From Elusimicrobiaceae bacterium (GTDB lineage: Bacteria > Elusimicrobiota > Elusimicrobia > Elusimicrobiales > Elusimicrobiaceae), in the NCBI GenBank assembly GCA_031549165.1, contig JAVBQE010000031.1, forward strand, positions 1 to 52,175: a DNA stretch of 52,175 nucleotides, given 5' to 3'. The position numbers were made by a program, and so were the translations under genes. The notes under the pieces were generated by a model. The model was not told where the DNA came from and did not search any database. It was given only the letters and a program-made list of their open reading frames with translations. Position 1 is the stretch's first letter. The number at the start of each line of letters is the position of its first letter. Below are positions 35,416 to 44,346 of the stretch, piece by piece.

Positions 35416-36937
35416 ATGAAAGCTAAACTCACACTCTTAATAAGCCTCTTCTTATTCTGCACCTCCGCTAGGAGCGCGGGAAATTTTGGTTTTGTGCCCC
35501 CCCCCCCCCCCCACTAAGTTAGAAGTTCTAAAACAATTTGACAGTTTTAAAATACAGATTAAAGGAACAAGCACCATAACCTCCTGGGCAGAGCAAGTAC
35601 AGACGGGGAATATCAATATTCCCACCCTTATTGCCATACTTGAAGATACTCATTATGTAAACTCCGACAATGTCTACACCGAGGAGTCCTGCCTGTCAGA
35701 CTACGAGGGCCCGCTGGAATGCGAACTGGGACTGCTTACTACAATACTTCCGCACTTAACTTATACTTCTGCCGAAGGGCAGATGTTAACAGGTTTCTTT
35801 TTGAGAAAACTTACGCATCCTTATAATAGAAGAGATAAAAACTATTCTCTTTATTACCGCTACTCATTAATTGCATCCTCCATAATACCCAGCAACACCG
35901 CCGGGCGGGACATTTTAGACGGCCTTATACGCGTAGTAAAAGGCGAGTTTGGCAGCAAGCCGGAAACCCACGTGTGGAGTGCGCGCACATTGGCAAATGT
36001 GCCCTATTTCAGCCCCGCGCAACAGCGCAAAGTTATAAAAGAACTCTCCTCCATTATCCAGAATTACAGCTACACGCTTAAAGATACTTATGACGACAAA
36101 AATGCCCTCGGCTACTTTACTAAAAACGAACATATAGCCCAAAAAGTATTCGCCGCTAAAGTTAATTTTTTTGCCAAAAATGCTGAGCACAGCATAATGC
36201 GTTCTATGCTTACCAGCGCGGTCTTTGTAGAAGAGGGCCGCGCGTTTTATTTACAGAACGACCTGCCCGGCATGGACGGCAAAAACTTTGCTTCCACCGA
36301 CAACGGCAACCGCCACAATATTTCCTTCAACCTTATAAAAACGCTTTTCAAAGCCTACGTCTTAAGCGGACATCCGGAGGAGATGAATAACTTCATCATC
36401 AAATACGGCAGGCTCAATACTTCTAAAACAGGCTTTGACAATTACCTCCTATTCGCCATGTATGGCATGGACGAAGCATTCAGCTATAACGACTCCAAAC
36501 ACATAGACGGCTGGCTGGACCAGTATAATATTTTCCTTTCGCAAATAGCCTCAAACATCTGGGCCACAGCGCCGGCGGCTATAGTGTTAACCACCATACA
36601 GGGCGGCGCGGAAGTAAGCGCGGAGTGGATAGGCATAACAAAACTTTTTAAATACGGCGGCAAATTCTTTGGCGCGGTAGGTAAAGCGGGCATGGGCGCG
36701 TTCCTGCGTTTCATGCCAAAGCAGTATTTTACTACCGGAGCAGTACTTGCCCTCGGTAAAGCCGCGTCCAAAAAACTAATAATGACCGCGCCTAAAAAAG
36801 CATTAAACAAAGCGGTGCGTATTTTAATGCTAGCCTCGCCTCTTGCATTAACCGGAGACGAAAATAACAGCATAACACAAACAGAAGCAAGAAACATAAC
36901 TATGAACAAAGAAGAAGTAAAAAAACTAATGGAGTAA
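35416..36937 (+). pseudogene. Secreted hypothetical protein frameshifted at a C16 tract (phase-OFF allele or sequencing error)
   Basis: ATG 35416 gives the signal peptide MKAKLTLLISLFLFCTSARSA...FVPPPPPH*; removing one C joins it to the long ORF (..PPPPPTKLEVLK..). Confidence 0.8.
35497..35512 (+). repeat. Homopolymeric C16 tract
   Basis: Direct count of 16 C; the longest G/C run I saw in the window. Confidence 0.95.
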
Positions 36938-36941
36938 GAAT

Positions 36942-38192
36942 ATGAAAAAAATAATAGCAAGCGCAGTAATAGCAGCAATGCTGCTTACAAGCAATACCAC
37001 CCTGCTCGCCGCCACCGTGACAGAGCAGCCCAGAACGTTGGCCGAATACAGCCAGCGCTTTGTGGAAGAAACAAAAAATTATAATCTGCAAAAGAAAGAT
37101 GCGGTTACCCTTTCCGTAGTATTTGCCGCGATAGCCACAGCTGCAATGGTAAGCTATGCTGCAAAAAAAGAATGGCAGCAAAGCAGGCGAGCTTACAACG
37201 GCAATTCTGCTGGTGCTGTTGCCGAATCAAAGTATATAAATGGCCTTGCCTCACCGCAGGAATTTAAATTTAATCAGAACATATCTGGCGGCAATATGTC
37301 GTTTATAACAGACGGGCAGGAGGTTTCCCAGAATATCAAGCCCATCACTTCCGGCCAAGCTCCGTCTAACATAATTAATATTGAAGAAAAAACTGCATCT
37401 ACAAAAGCTGCTGAGTTTAAAAACATTATGAGTGATGAGGCGACAAATATTACGAAAAATGAGTTAAAAAGTTTTACGCAATTTGAGATGAGTGCTATAT
37501 CTAAGCGTATAGATCACCTGGCAATTGGTCTTGGCTCCTCTGTTAATCCTGAAGCTTATGCCATGCTAAAATTAGATCTTTTTAATTTAGAAAAGCTTAA
37601 AGCGCGCACCCTTTCCTCGGAACACAAAAAAGTGATACAAAACTTTATAGACATATATCTTACGGATATACAATATTTTCTAAAACTGGATTCTGATAAC
37701 CTTGCCTCATATGTTTATACAAAGCAAAATTATTTTAACCATGATAGGTTTGGCCAAAGCAAAGAGTTTATTTCAAAAGAAAGCCATACTATTTTAAAGA
37801 ATACTTTATCCAAGAGATTTTGGATATTTTTAGCTGTATTGGGCACAGCTTCGCTTGTTATGAGCAATGAAACGCAGGCGAAAGTTCAGGCAATTGCTTT
37901 GCAGCCTTCGCTTGCCTTTAACATGAACCCTGAAGATTCAGAACACAGAAAAATCTTTAATGCTATAGACAGTCTTAAGGATCAGCGTCTTAGAGAATCT
38001 TTGGTACAGGCTTTTGAGTACGCGCATGAGATTCACACTCTGCCTTTTGAGCAGAGAGAGGCCAAAGTAAACCAAATTGAAAAAGATTATATTAAGGAAA
38101 GCAAAGAACTAAATTTTGATCAGAACAGACTTAAAGGTATCAAAGACAATGCAAATAAAAAATACACAATAATGAATTCTCAGGCTGAATAG
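36942..38192 (+). CDS. Secreted/membrane hypothetical protein
   Basis: RBS GGAG, signal peptide, two hydrophobic segments, AT-rich core. Confidence 0.85.
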   Translation: MKKIIASAVIAAMLLTSNTTLLAATVTEQPRTLAEYSQRFVEETKNYNLQKKDAVTLSVVFAAIATAAMVSYAAKKEWQQSRRAYNGNSAGAVAESKYINGLASPQEFKFNQNISGGNMSFITDGQEVSQNIKPITSGQAPSNIINIEEKTASTKAAEFKNIMSDEATNITKNELKSFTQFEMSAISKRIDHLAIGLGSSVNPEAYAMLKLDLFNLEKLKARTLSSEHKKVIQNFIDIYLTDIQYFLKLDSDNLASYVYTKQNYFNHDRFGQSKEFISKESHTILKNTLSKRFWIFLAVLGTASLVMSNETQAKVQAIALQPSLAFNMNPEDSEHRKIFNAIDSLKDQRLRESLVQAFEYAHEIHTLPFEQREAKVNQIEKDYIKESKELNFDQNRLKGIKDNANKKYTIMNSQAE

Positions 38193-38200
38193 TACGATAT

Positions 38201-38237
38201 AAAAAACAAGCCCCGCTTTTGGCGGGGATTGTTTTTT
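38201..38237. terminator. Bidirectional intrinsic terminator
   Basis: AAAAAACAAGCCCCGC-TTTTG-GCGGGGATTGTTTTTT. Confidence 0.8.
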
Positions 38238-38245
38238 ATTTGGGG

Positions 38246-39010
38246 TTAGATTCTTACGGTTCTAGTTTGCGTAGGCATTACCAGGCCAGTCTTAGAACTT
38301 ATAAACATGCCGTTGCTGCTGTCTATGGGGGCGATGTACAAAGTGCCGTCTCTTTCCGAAGACAACACGCCTATAAACTTTTTGTCCTTATTATAAACGC
38401 CTGCGCCGGTGGCGGCGGCGGGGAAGTTTAGGCCTTTTTTGGCTACGTAATAGGACTTATCGTAGGTGAATTCCTGCTCAAAAGGCGTCATTCTGCACTC
38501 TACATCATCGTCACACTCAACGAATGTGATGGTGAAAACCTCTTTAACCTTCTCATCCCCGGCGGGCGGAGCGGCAAACTGCACCTTCTCAAAAGGTTTA
38601 ATGCCATTTACGCGCAGGATGCCTATGTCGTGCGCCGCCTTGTCTTTTACGGTACGGGACTCCATAAAAAAATCTGCCTTGGGAAACAGCATAACGCCCA
38701 AACCGGGCTTCTTCAGTTTCTTTGTTTTATTTTTGGACATGTTGGTAAGGTCGTACACTAAAAACATATCGCACTTCATCTGCACGCACCACTGCACGCA
38801 CTGCGCGGCGGTGAGGATATGGTTGTCCGCTATTATGGTGCCGGTGCAGGTAGAAGGCATAGCGCCATCGTAGGAGGCCTCGTTATAAATACCTATCTGT
38901 ACGGAGTTGGGGCTGAAAACTTTTTTGCCAGGCAATGTCTGCGCCGCAGCAAAGATGACGCAGAGGATTAAAAAAATAGAGCATATTGTTGCCGTAAGAA
39001 TTTTATTCAT
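38246..39010 (-). CDS. Secreted trypsin-like (S1) protease homolog, probably inactive
   Basis: CTGTII...ILTAAQCV (His to Gln), HDIGIL (Asp kept), AATGAGVY in place of GDSGGP. Confidence 0.78.
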   Translation of the reverse strand: MNKILTATICSIFLILCVIFAAAQTLPGKKVFSPNSVQIGIYNEASYDGAMPSTCTGTIIADNHILTAAQCVQWCVQMKCDMFLVYDLTNMSKNKTKKLKKPGLGVMLFPKADFFMESRTVKDKAAHDIGILRVNGIKPFEKVQFAAPPAGDEKVKEVFTITFVECDDDVECRMTPFEQEFTYDKSYYVAKKGLNFPAAATGAGVYNKDKKFIGVLSSERDGTLYIAPIDSSNGMFISSKTGLVMPTQTRTVRI

Positions 39011-39069
39011 ATATATTATTATAATGTTTTTAGAAAAAAATAACAGATTCTTTTTTGATATAATTAAAT

Positions 39070-39708
39070 ATGGACAAAAAATTAATACTTGAAATACTTA
39101 CCTTCGTTTTCAGCTTTATCATAGGCGGTATCCCCACAGGCTACCTTATTACCAGAAAAATACTGGGCGTGGATATCCGCACCTTAGGCTCCGGCAACCC
39201 CGGCGCGGCCAACGTATACCGCACAGTGGGCAAATGGCCCGGCATTACCACTTTTATCATTGACGCTACCAAAGGCTTCATCTGCGTGCGCGTAGCGCTC
39301 TGGCTGTTCCCGGGCAACTATATTATAGCCGTGGCGGCGGGCGCATTAGCCATTTGCGGGCATATGTGGACAATATTTCTTAAATTTAAAGGCGGCAAAG
39401 GCGTGGCTACTTCCGCCGGCGTATTTGCGGCTTTAATGCCTATACCTACTTTGATAGCATTTGGTTTTTTTGCATTTTTTGTGTGGCTCAGCGGGCACAT
39501 TTCCGTAGGATCCATTATCGCTGCAGCAGTCCTTCCGATAGCAGGTTTCTTTATCGGCAAGCACCCGTGGCAGATAGACGCTGTGTGCGCCGTTATAGCC
39601 GCAGTGGTTATCTACAAACATATACCTAACATGAAGCGCCTCTGGGCCAACAGCGAGTTGGCTTTTGAAGACGGCTCCAAAAAAAGAAAGAAAAATGAAA
39701 ATAAATAA
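39070..39708 (+). CDS. plsY: Glycerol-3-phosphate acyltransferase PlsY
   Basis: GSGNPGAANVYR, DATKG, GH, FKGGKGVATSAG, HIPNMKRL. Confidence 0.96.
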   Translation: MDKKLILEILTFVFSFIIGGIPTGYLITRKILGVDIRTLGSGNPGAANVYRTVGKWPGITTFIIDATKGFICVRVALWLFPGNYIIAVAAGALAICGHMWTIFLKFKGGKGVATSAGVFAALMPIPTLIAFGFFAFFVWLSGHISVGSIIAAAVLPIAGFFIGKHPWQIDAVCAVIAAVVIYKHIPNMKRLWANSELAFEDGSKKRKKNENK

Positions 39709-40678
39709 AGCAGCAGTGTTCGGCGCAGGCGTGTGGGGCAGTGTTATTGCGGACCATTTGGCCGCCGTATGCCCGCAGGTTGTTATTTGGGAATATTTTC
39801 AAAAACTCGTGGATGACATCAACACCTCCGGCACACACCCCAACATCCCCGGCTTTAAGTTCTCCACCAACGTAACCGTTACCAACAATTTAGAAGAAGC
39901 TGTTAAAGACGCGGACATGCTTGTTTTTGTAATCTCCTCCAAAGCGGTGCGTAACTTTTGTAAAGATTTAGATAAGCTGTTAAAAGGCAGAGTTGTCCCC
40001 GTAATCAGCGCGTCAAAAGGCATAGAGGATAAAACCTTCAACACCGTCTGCGAAGTTATTGAAGAAGAACTGCCTTACCTTAAAGGCCATGTGTTGGCCT
40101 TCAGCGGCCCCAGCTTTGCACTTGAAGTAGCTAAAGGCATACCTACGAGAATTTTACTTGCCGGCGACAAAGCTTTGGCAGAAGAGCTGGCGCCCGTTTT
40201 CACCCACGGACCCATAGCCACTGTGCCTTTTGAAGACAGAAGAGGCGCGGAATACGGCGGCGCTATTAAAAACGTAGTAGCCATCGGCTGCGGCATTTTG
40301 GACGGCATCGGCGACGGAGCCAACACCAAAGCTGCCCTTCTCACCGAAGCTATGGACGAGATGAAACAGCTAATGCTTTCCCAAAACGCGAAGCCCGAAA
40401 GCGTGTACTCTTTGGCAGGTTTAGGAGATGCAGTGCTTACCGGCATGAGCGCGATATCCAGGAACCGCCGCTTAGGCGAGAAATTAGGAGAAGGACTTTC
40501 CTTAGAAGAAGCTAAGAAGCAGGTGGGAACCATCGCAGAAGGCGCAGACAGCGTTAACAGCGTCTACAATATTGCGCGCAAGAACAATTTACACACACCA
40601 GTCATAGACGCTATTTGGCAGATTTTAACCAAAGACGCAAAAGCAGAAGTATTGCTGCAAGCTTTAGGTTTTAAATAA
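39695..40678 (+). CDS. gpsA: NAD(P)H-dependent glycerol-3-phosphate dehydrogenase
   Basis: GAGVWG, SKGIE, SGPSFA, GAIKNVVAI, GLGD, SRNRRLG. Confidence 0.96.
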   Translation: MKINKAAVFGAGVWGSVIADHLAAVCPQVVIWEYFQKLVDDINTSGTHPNIPGFKFSTNVTVTNNLEEAVKDADMLVFVISSKAVRNFCKDLDKLLKGRVVPVISASKGIEDKTFNTVCEVIEEELPYLKGHVLAFSGPSFALEVAKGIPTRILLAGDKALAEELAPVFTHGPIATVPFEDRRGAEYGGAIKNVVAIGCGILDGIGDGANTKAALLTEAMDEMKQLMLSQNAKPESVYSLAGLGDAVLTGMSAISRNRRLGEKLGEGLSLEEAKKQVGTIAEGADSVNSVYNIARKNNLHTPVIDAIWQILTKDAKAEVLLQALGFK

Positions 40679-40689
40679 AAATAAAAGTC

Positions 40690-40782
40690 GTCATTGCGAG
40701 CCGAAGGCGCGGCAACCTCCCGCTTAAAGCTGTAACAACGATAAGAGGGAGATTGCCGCGGCCTTTCAGGCCTCGCAAAGAC
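40690..40782. repeat. Palindromic element, GTCATTGCGAG subfamily
   Basis: GTCATTGCGAGCCGAAGGCGCGGCAAC...GATTGCCGCGGCC...CTCGCAAAGAC. Confidence 0.88.
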
Positions 40783-40790
40783 AACCTTTA

Positions 40791-41051
40791 ATGAGAAAAG
40801 ACGAAATTGTAGCAGAACTTTCCAAAACTATGCTGGACAGAGCGCAGGCTGTTAGCGCGCTGGACAGCCTTATTGCAATCATCAAAAAGGGCCTTGAGCG
40901 CGACGGCAAGGTAATCATTTCCAACTTTGGCGCCTTCAATGTAGTACGCCAAAAAGCCGTGGTGCGCCACAACCCGAAAACGCTTGAAAAAGTAAACGTA
41001 CCCGAAAAAAAGAAAGTGCGCTTTAAACCGTCAGATAACATTTTAGAATAA
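40791..41051 (+). CDS. HU/IHF-family DNA-binding protein
   Basis: MRKDEIV, NFGAF, RHNPKT, VRFKPS. Confidence 0.93.
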   Translation: MRKDEIVAELSKTMLDRAQAVSALDSLIAIIKKGLERDGKVIISNFGAFNVVRQKAVVRHNPKTLEKVNVPEKKKVRFKPSDNILE

Positions 41052-41069
41052 TAATTCCTAGAGGTAAAT

Positions 41070-41528
41070 ATGAAAAACAACAGTGCATTCACGCTTATAG
41101 AACTTCTGGTAGTAGTATTAATTATCGGCATATTAGCTGCTATTGCCTTGCCGCAGTACACACAAGCGGTAGAAAAGAGCCGCGCCATGGAAGCCGTAAC
41201 CATACTCAAAGCAATTAACGATGCAGAGGAGCGCTTTTTTTTGGAAAACAATACGCCCCCTACGTCTACAGATGATCTGGATGTATCTATCCCAAGCAAC
41301 ACTACATTTACCTATAGCTGCTTCTTCCCCAGAGGTAACTGCCAGGCAAAAAGAGCAAATACTGATTATAGTATGGAATTTACGGCCTCTTTTGACAGCG
41401 TTTTCCCAGGGCAGCGTAACCGCTGGTGTGTGGCCGCTAATGACAAGGGAAAAAGAATCTGCACTGCTATTGGCGGTAAAGACACTGGGTGGGGCGCGCA
41501 GGGCGGATTTTATTATTACAATTTATAA
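41070..41528 (+). CDS. Type IV pilin-like protein (PilE-like)
   Basis: AFTLIELLVVVLIIGILAAIALPQY; four C-terminal Cys. Confidence 0.93.
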   Translation: MKNNSAFTLIELLVVVLIIGILAAIALPQYTQAVEKSRAMEAVTILKAINDAEERFFLENNTPPTSTDDLDVSIPSNTTFTYSCFFPRGNCQAKRANTDYSMEFTASFDSVFPGQRNRWCVAANDKGKRICTAIGGKDTGWGAQGGFYYYNL

Positions 41529-41565
41529 ATAAAAATCTTGTTTTTCACCTCTATCTTATTAAACT

Positions 41566-42015
41566 ATGGAAAAGGAGGCATTTATGTATAGCGTAGATTT
41601 GGCGCAGATGTCCGCTTTTGCATTAGGCACGCTGATAACGGGGCTTTTCTATTTTACTTTGCACTTTGTTCTCCCGCTTAAGATTCTACACGTATTTGAA
41701 ATACACCGTAAAAAACGTATGACGGAGATTATACTTACAATTTCCTTTCTGGCGTCTTTTTATTCATTTGTATTTTGGTATTTTTTGAAGTATATTTACT
41801 TAAACCATTACCAAGTTCCAATGACGATAGCGCTGCTGATTTCCTATATGTTTAACGCGACGTCCTTTAAAGGGCTTTACCGCCATATTGCATACTGGAA
41901 GTGCTGGGTAATTTTTGCAGGCGTCTTTATAGCTAACTTTGTTATTTACTGCGTAATAGTGCCCTGCGTAATGCCCACAATGGCCCAAATGGCAAACATG
42001 CTAAAAATGCCCTGA
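41566..42015 (+). CDS. Hypothetical membrane protein (about 4 TMs)
   Basis: Hydrophobic ORF followed by a terminator; possible start at 41584 after AAGGAGG. Confidence 0.75.
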   Translation: MEKEAFMYSVDLAQMSAFALGTLITGLFYFTLHFVLPLKILHVFEIHRKKRMTEIILTISFLASFYSFVFWYFLKYIYLNHYQVPMTIALLISYMFNATSFKGLYRHIAYWKCWVIFAGVFIANFVIYCVIVPCVMPTMAQMANMLKMP

Positions 42016-42028
42016 TTTCCCCCAAACG

Positions 42029-42058
42029 AAAAGCCCCGCTTAAAGCGGGGCTTTTTTT
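42029..42058 (+). terminator. Intrinsic terminator
   Basis: AAAAGCCCCGC-TTAAA-GCGGGGCTTTTTTT. Confidence 0.85.
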
Positions 42059-42061
42059 ATA

Positions 42062-42250
42062 ATGCCGTTATAAATATGTGCGAACAAAGTGAGCGCCGCC
42101 TGAAGCGAAGTAAAGGCAGCTCACAGGATTTTACGAGAGATTGCATTTTCTCCGGGGCGACAGCGTACTGGTGTACGTTAGTCCCCGGAAAAATGCAATA
42201 TCTCGTAAAAGCAGAAGAGCCATCCGCGCGCCCCCAGAGGGGGCGCATAA
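42062..42250. repeat. Long RPE-1-like palindromic element
   Basis: ATGCCGTTATAAATATGTGC...GGGGCGACAGCGTACTGGTGTACGTTAGTCCCC...GAAGAGCCA. Confidence 0.9.
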
Positions 42251-42264
42251 AATGAGTCATCCTC

Positions 42265-43131
42265 TTATTTTGCTGCTTTAAAAATTCTGCTCCAGGAGAA
42301 CGAGACGCCTACATATAAGTTCTGCCCCAGCTCAGACGTATATTTGCCCTGCGCTATGTAGTAATTAATAAACGGCGCCACAACAAAGTTTTCAAAAACC
42401 AAAACGTCCATGCGCGCGTCTAATTCCATCTCATAATCCAGGTCGGTGGGGCGCTTTTCTGAATTATGAAAATAATCTCTAAAAAGGCCGCTGTAAATTG
42501 CCTTAACGCCTTCGCGTATGGGCTGCTCCACCTTAAGGCCGGCTTCCCAGGCGGTGTTATAAGAGGTGGGAGAATAGGTTAAATCCTCTTCCATCACGGC
42601 TGCGATGTAGAGGTCTTTTACATATTTACCGTCGAAGGCTTTAAAGCCGGCTCTCTCACGGAAAGCCTGCTTTCTGGGGGAAGTTGCATTGCTGGTAAAC
42701 TCTGTTTCGTAAGAGCCGGAGGCGAAGGGACCAAAGTCAAACCCGCCTAAAACGTCGTCCACTTTAAGCATGCGCCAGGCATAATCTGTGTTAAAAAGTA
42801 TTTTGTCTACGCTTTCTGTGGTCAGCTTTTCGCCTTGTACAGGGCGGATTTTGCTTTTGCCGTATTCCATAAGCAAAGTGTTGGACCAGAGGTATTTGTC
42901 GCCGTGTAAGTCCGCGCCAAAGTTAAAGTAGCCTTGTATAAGGCTCTGGCTGTCGGCGGTTAAGCGCGGGTTGGGGTACCCTTGGTAAACGTCTGCGTTT
43001 TTAACTTCGGTGGAAGTTATGTTTAAGGCAATTTTTTTAAGCTCCAACTGCCAGCCGCGTTTGTCATCTTCAGCAAAAAGCGAAGTGCAAGCAACGGCGA
43101 GTAAAACAAACAACAATGCTGTCTTTTTCAT
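42265..43131 (-). CDS. Putative outer membrane beta-barrel protein (DUF3078-like)
   Basis: Signal peptide, alternating amphipathic strands, WSNTLLMEYG, DKI, C-terminal YVGVSFSW. Confidence 0.65.
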   Translation of the reverse strand: MKKTALLFVLLAVACTSLFAEDDKRGWQLELKKIALNITSTEVKNADVYQGYPNPRLTADSQSLIQGYFNFGADLHGDKYLWSNTLLMEYGKSKIRPVQGEKLTTESVDKILFNTDYAWRMLKVDDVLGGFDFGPFASGSYETEFTSNATSPRKQAFRERAGFKAFDGKYVKDLYIAAVMEEDLTYSPTSYNTAWEAGLKVEQPIREGVKAIYSGLFRDYFHNSEKRPTDLDYEMELDARMDVLVFENFVVAPFINYYIAQGKYTSELGQNLYVGVSFSWSRIFKAAK

Positions 43132-43580
43132 CTAAACAACTCCTCTTTAATATAATTTACCGCCGATAAAACTGCAGGGCAGGGCGCAGAGCCTAAAGCA
43201 GTGCTTCCCGCCTGTACGGCGATAAAGATTGTTTGTAAATCTATAATCTCACTTTCCAAAAATTTAATCAACATGCCCAAAGGCATGCCGTGCGTGGAAA
43301 AAGATGCGTTGGTAATATCGGAAGAATTTAAAAGCCTTACTTCGCCCGCCACGCCGCCGAAGGCGGCCGCGTCCGCCACAATAAGAAGCTCAGGGGCGAA
43401 GCGTTTAATCTGCCCGCTCAAAGCCTCAGGCACTTCCCCGCCGTCAAGAACTAAAAAATTATCCGTCTGCGCGCCCTGCATCGCAGCGTAAAGGAGCGGC
43501 CCAAAAGCGTCATCCCCGCGCAGCTCCGACCCCACGCAAAGCAAAACAGTTTTTTTATTTTTTATATTTGGCAGGAACAT
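43128..43580 (-). CDS. hycI: Hydrogenase maturation endopeptidase (HycI-like)
   Basis: CVGSELRGDDAFG, VPE, DAA, FSTHGMP. Confidence 0.9.
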   Translation of the reverse strand: MFLPNIKNKKTVLLCVGSELRGDDAFGPLLYAAMQGAQTDNFLVLDGGEVPEALSGQIKRFAPELLIVADAAAFGGVAGEVRLLNSSDITNASFSTHGMPLGMLIKFLESEIIDLQTIFIAVQAGSTALGSAPCPAVLSAVNYIKEELFR

Positions 43581-44335
43581 TATTTTATTTTATTACACGG
43601 GAACGCATTTATATCCCCGCTAAAATAAATATCGGACATTATATTTTTGATATTTCCATCTTCTAAATAGTCTGCTAAAACAAGAGGAAAACCGTCGCTT
43701 ATAGTAGGAGCGCCAAAATAATATTTCCCCTCCTTTAGCTCTAGATAGAAAGGTATTGGGGCACCGTCATTTTTAGCGGCAAAAGCAACATATCCAGCCG
43801 CATATGCATACACGGTATATATCAAATATTTTTCTATGTCTTTTGTCATTGAAAGATAGCGTGCCTTAAGTTCAGGTTTTACAAGCGTTTTCTTAAGTTT
43901 CTCCTGGTCCGCAGGTAAATAGGCCTGCATAATAGCATCCAGATCTTCTGCGCGCTGGGCAGCCATTAATTTGCAGAAGGCCGAGGGAATTGTAGGCGCA
44001 GCGGCATCACTGCTCATACAAAAAGAAGCGTCAACTGCCCATGGCGTCCCGTCAGACGGAGTAGCCGCGTTTACTAGTTTATAGAAATATTTATCACATA
44101 CGCTTTCCATTCCGCTGGGATAAAGCATATCTTCTTTTTGGGGAATTAAAAAAGCAGTCTGCTTAAAATCTAAGATAGGAAATAAAGAGTTCTGCGGCAT
44201 AGGCTTATTATCCTTTTTAGATATAGAGACAGGTGCGACAGCCCCCTGGTCTGGATGTACATTGAAATATAAATAGCCGACACCTGAAACAATCAGTAAA
44301 TCCAGTATTAGCAAGATCTTGTTAAGAGTATTCAT
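43580..44335 (-). CDS. Hypothetical protein with an N-terminal membrane anchor, inside the hydrogenase operon
   Basis: RBS AGGAGG, single TM, 4 Cys; no hydrogenase-related motif recognised. Confidence 0.75.
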   Translation of the reverse strand: MNTLNKILLILDLLIVSGVGYLYFNVHPDQGAVAPVSISKKDNKPMPQNSLFPILDFKQTAFLIPQKEDMLYPSGMESVCDKYFYKLVNAATPSDGTPWAVDASFCMSSDAAAPTIPSAFCKLMAAQRAEDLDAIMQAYLPADQEKLKKTLVKPELKARYLSMTKDIEKYLIYTVYAYAAGYVAFAAKNDGAPIPFYLELKEGKYYFGAPTISDGFPLVLADYLEDGNIKNIMSDIYFSGDINAFPCNKIK

Positions 44336-44346
44336 AACAACGCCTC

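Noticed and set aside
35486-36937. ORF-track start at TTG 35486 as the real gene start
   Set aside because: It has no convincing RBS or signal peptide; the upstream ATG at 35416 in another frame explains the locus better.
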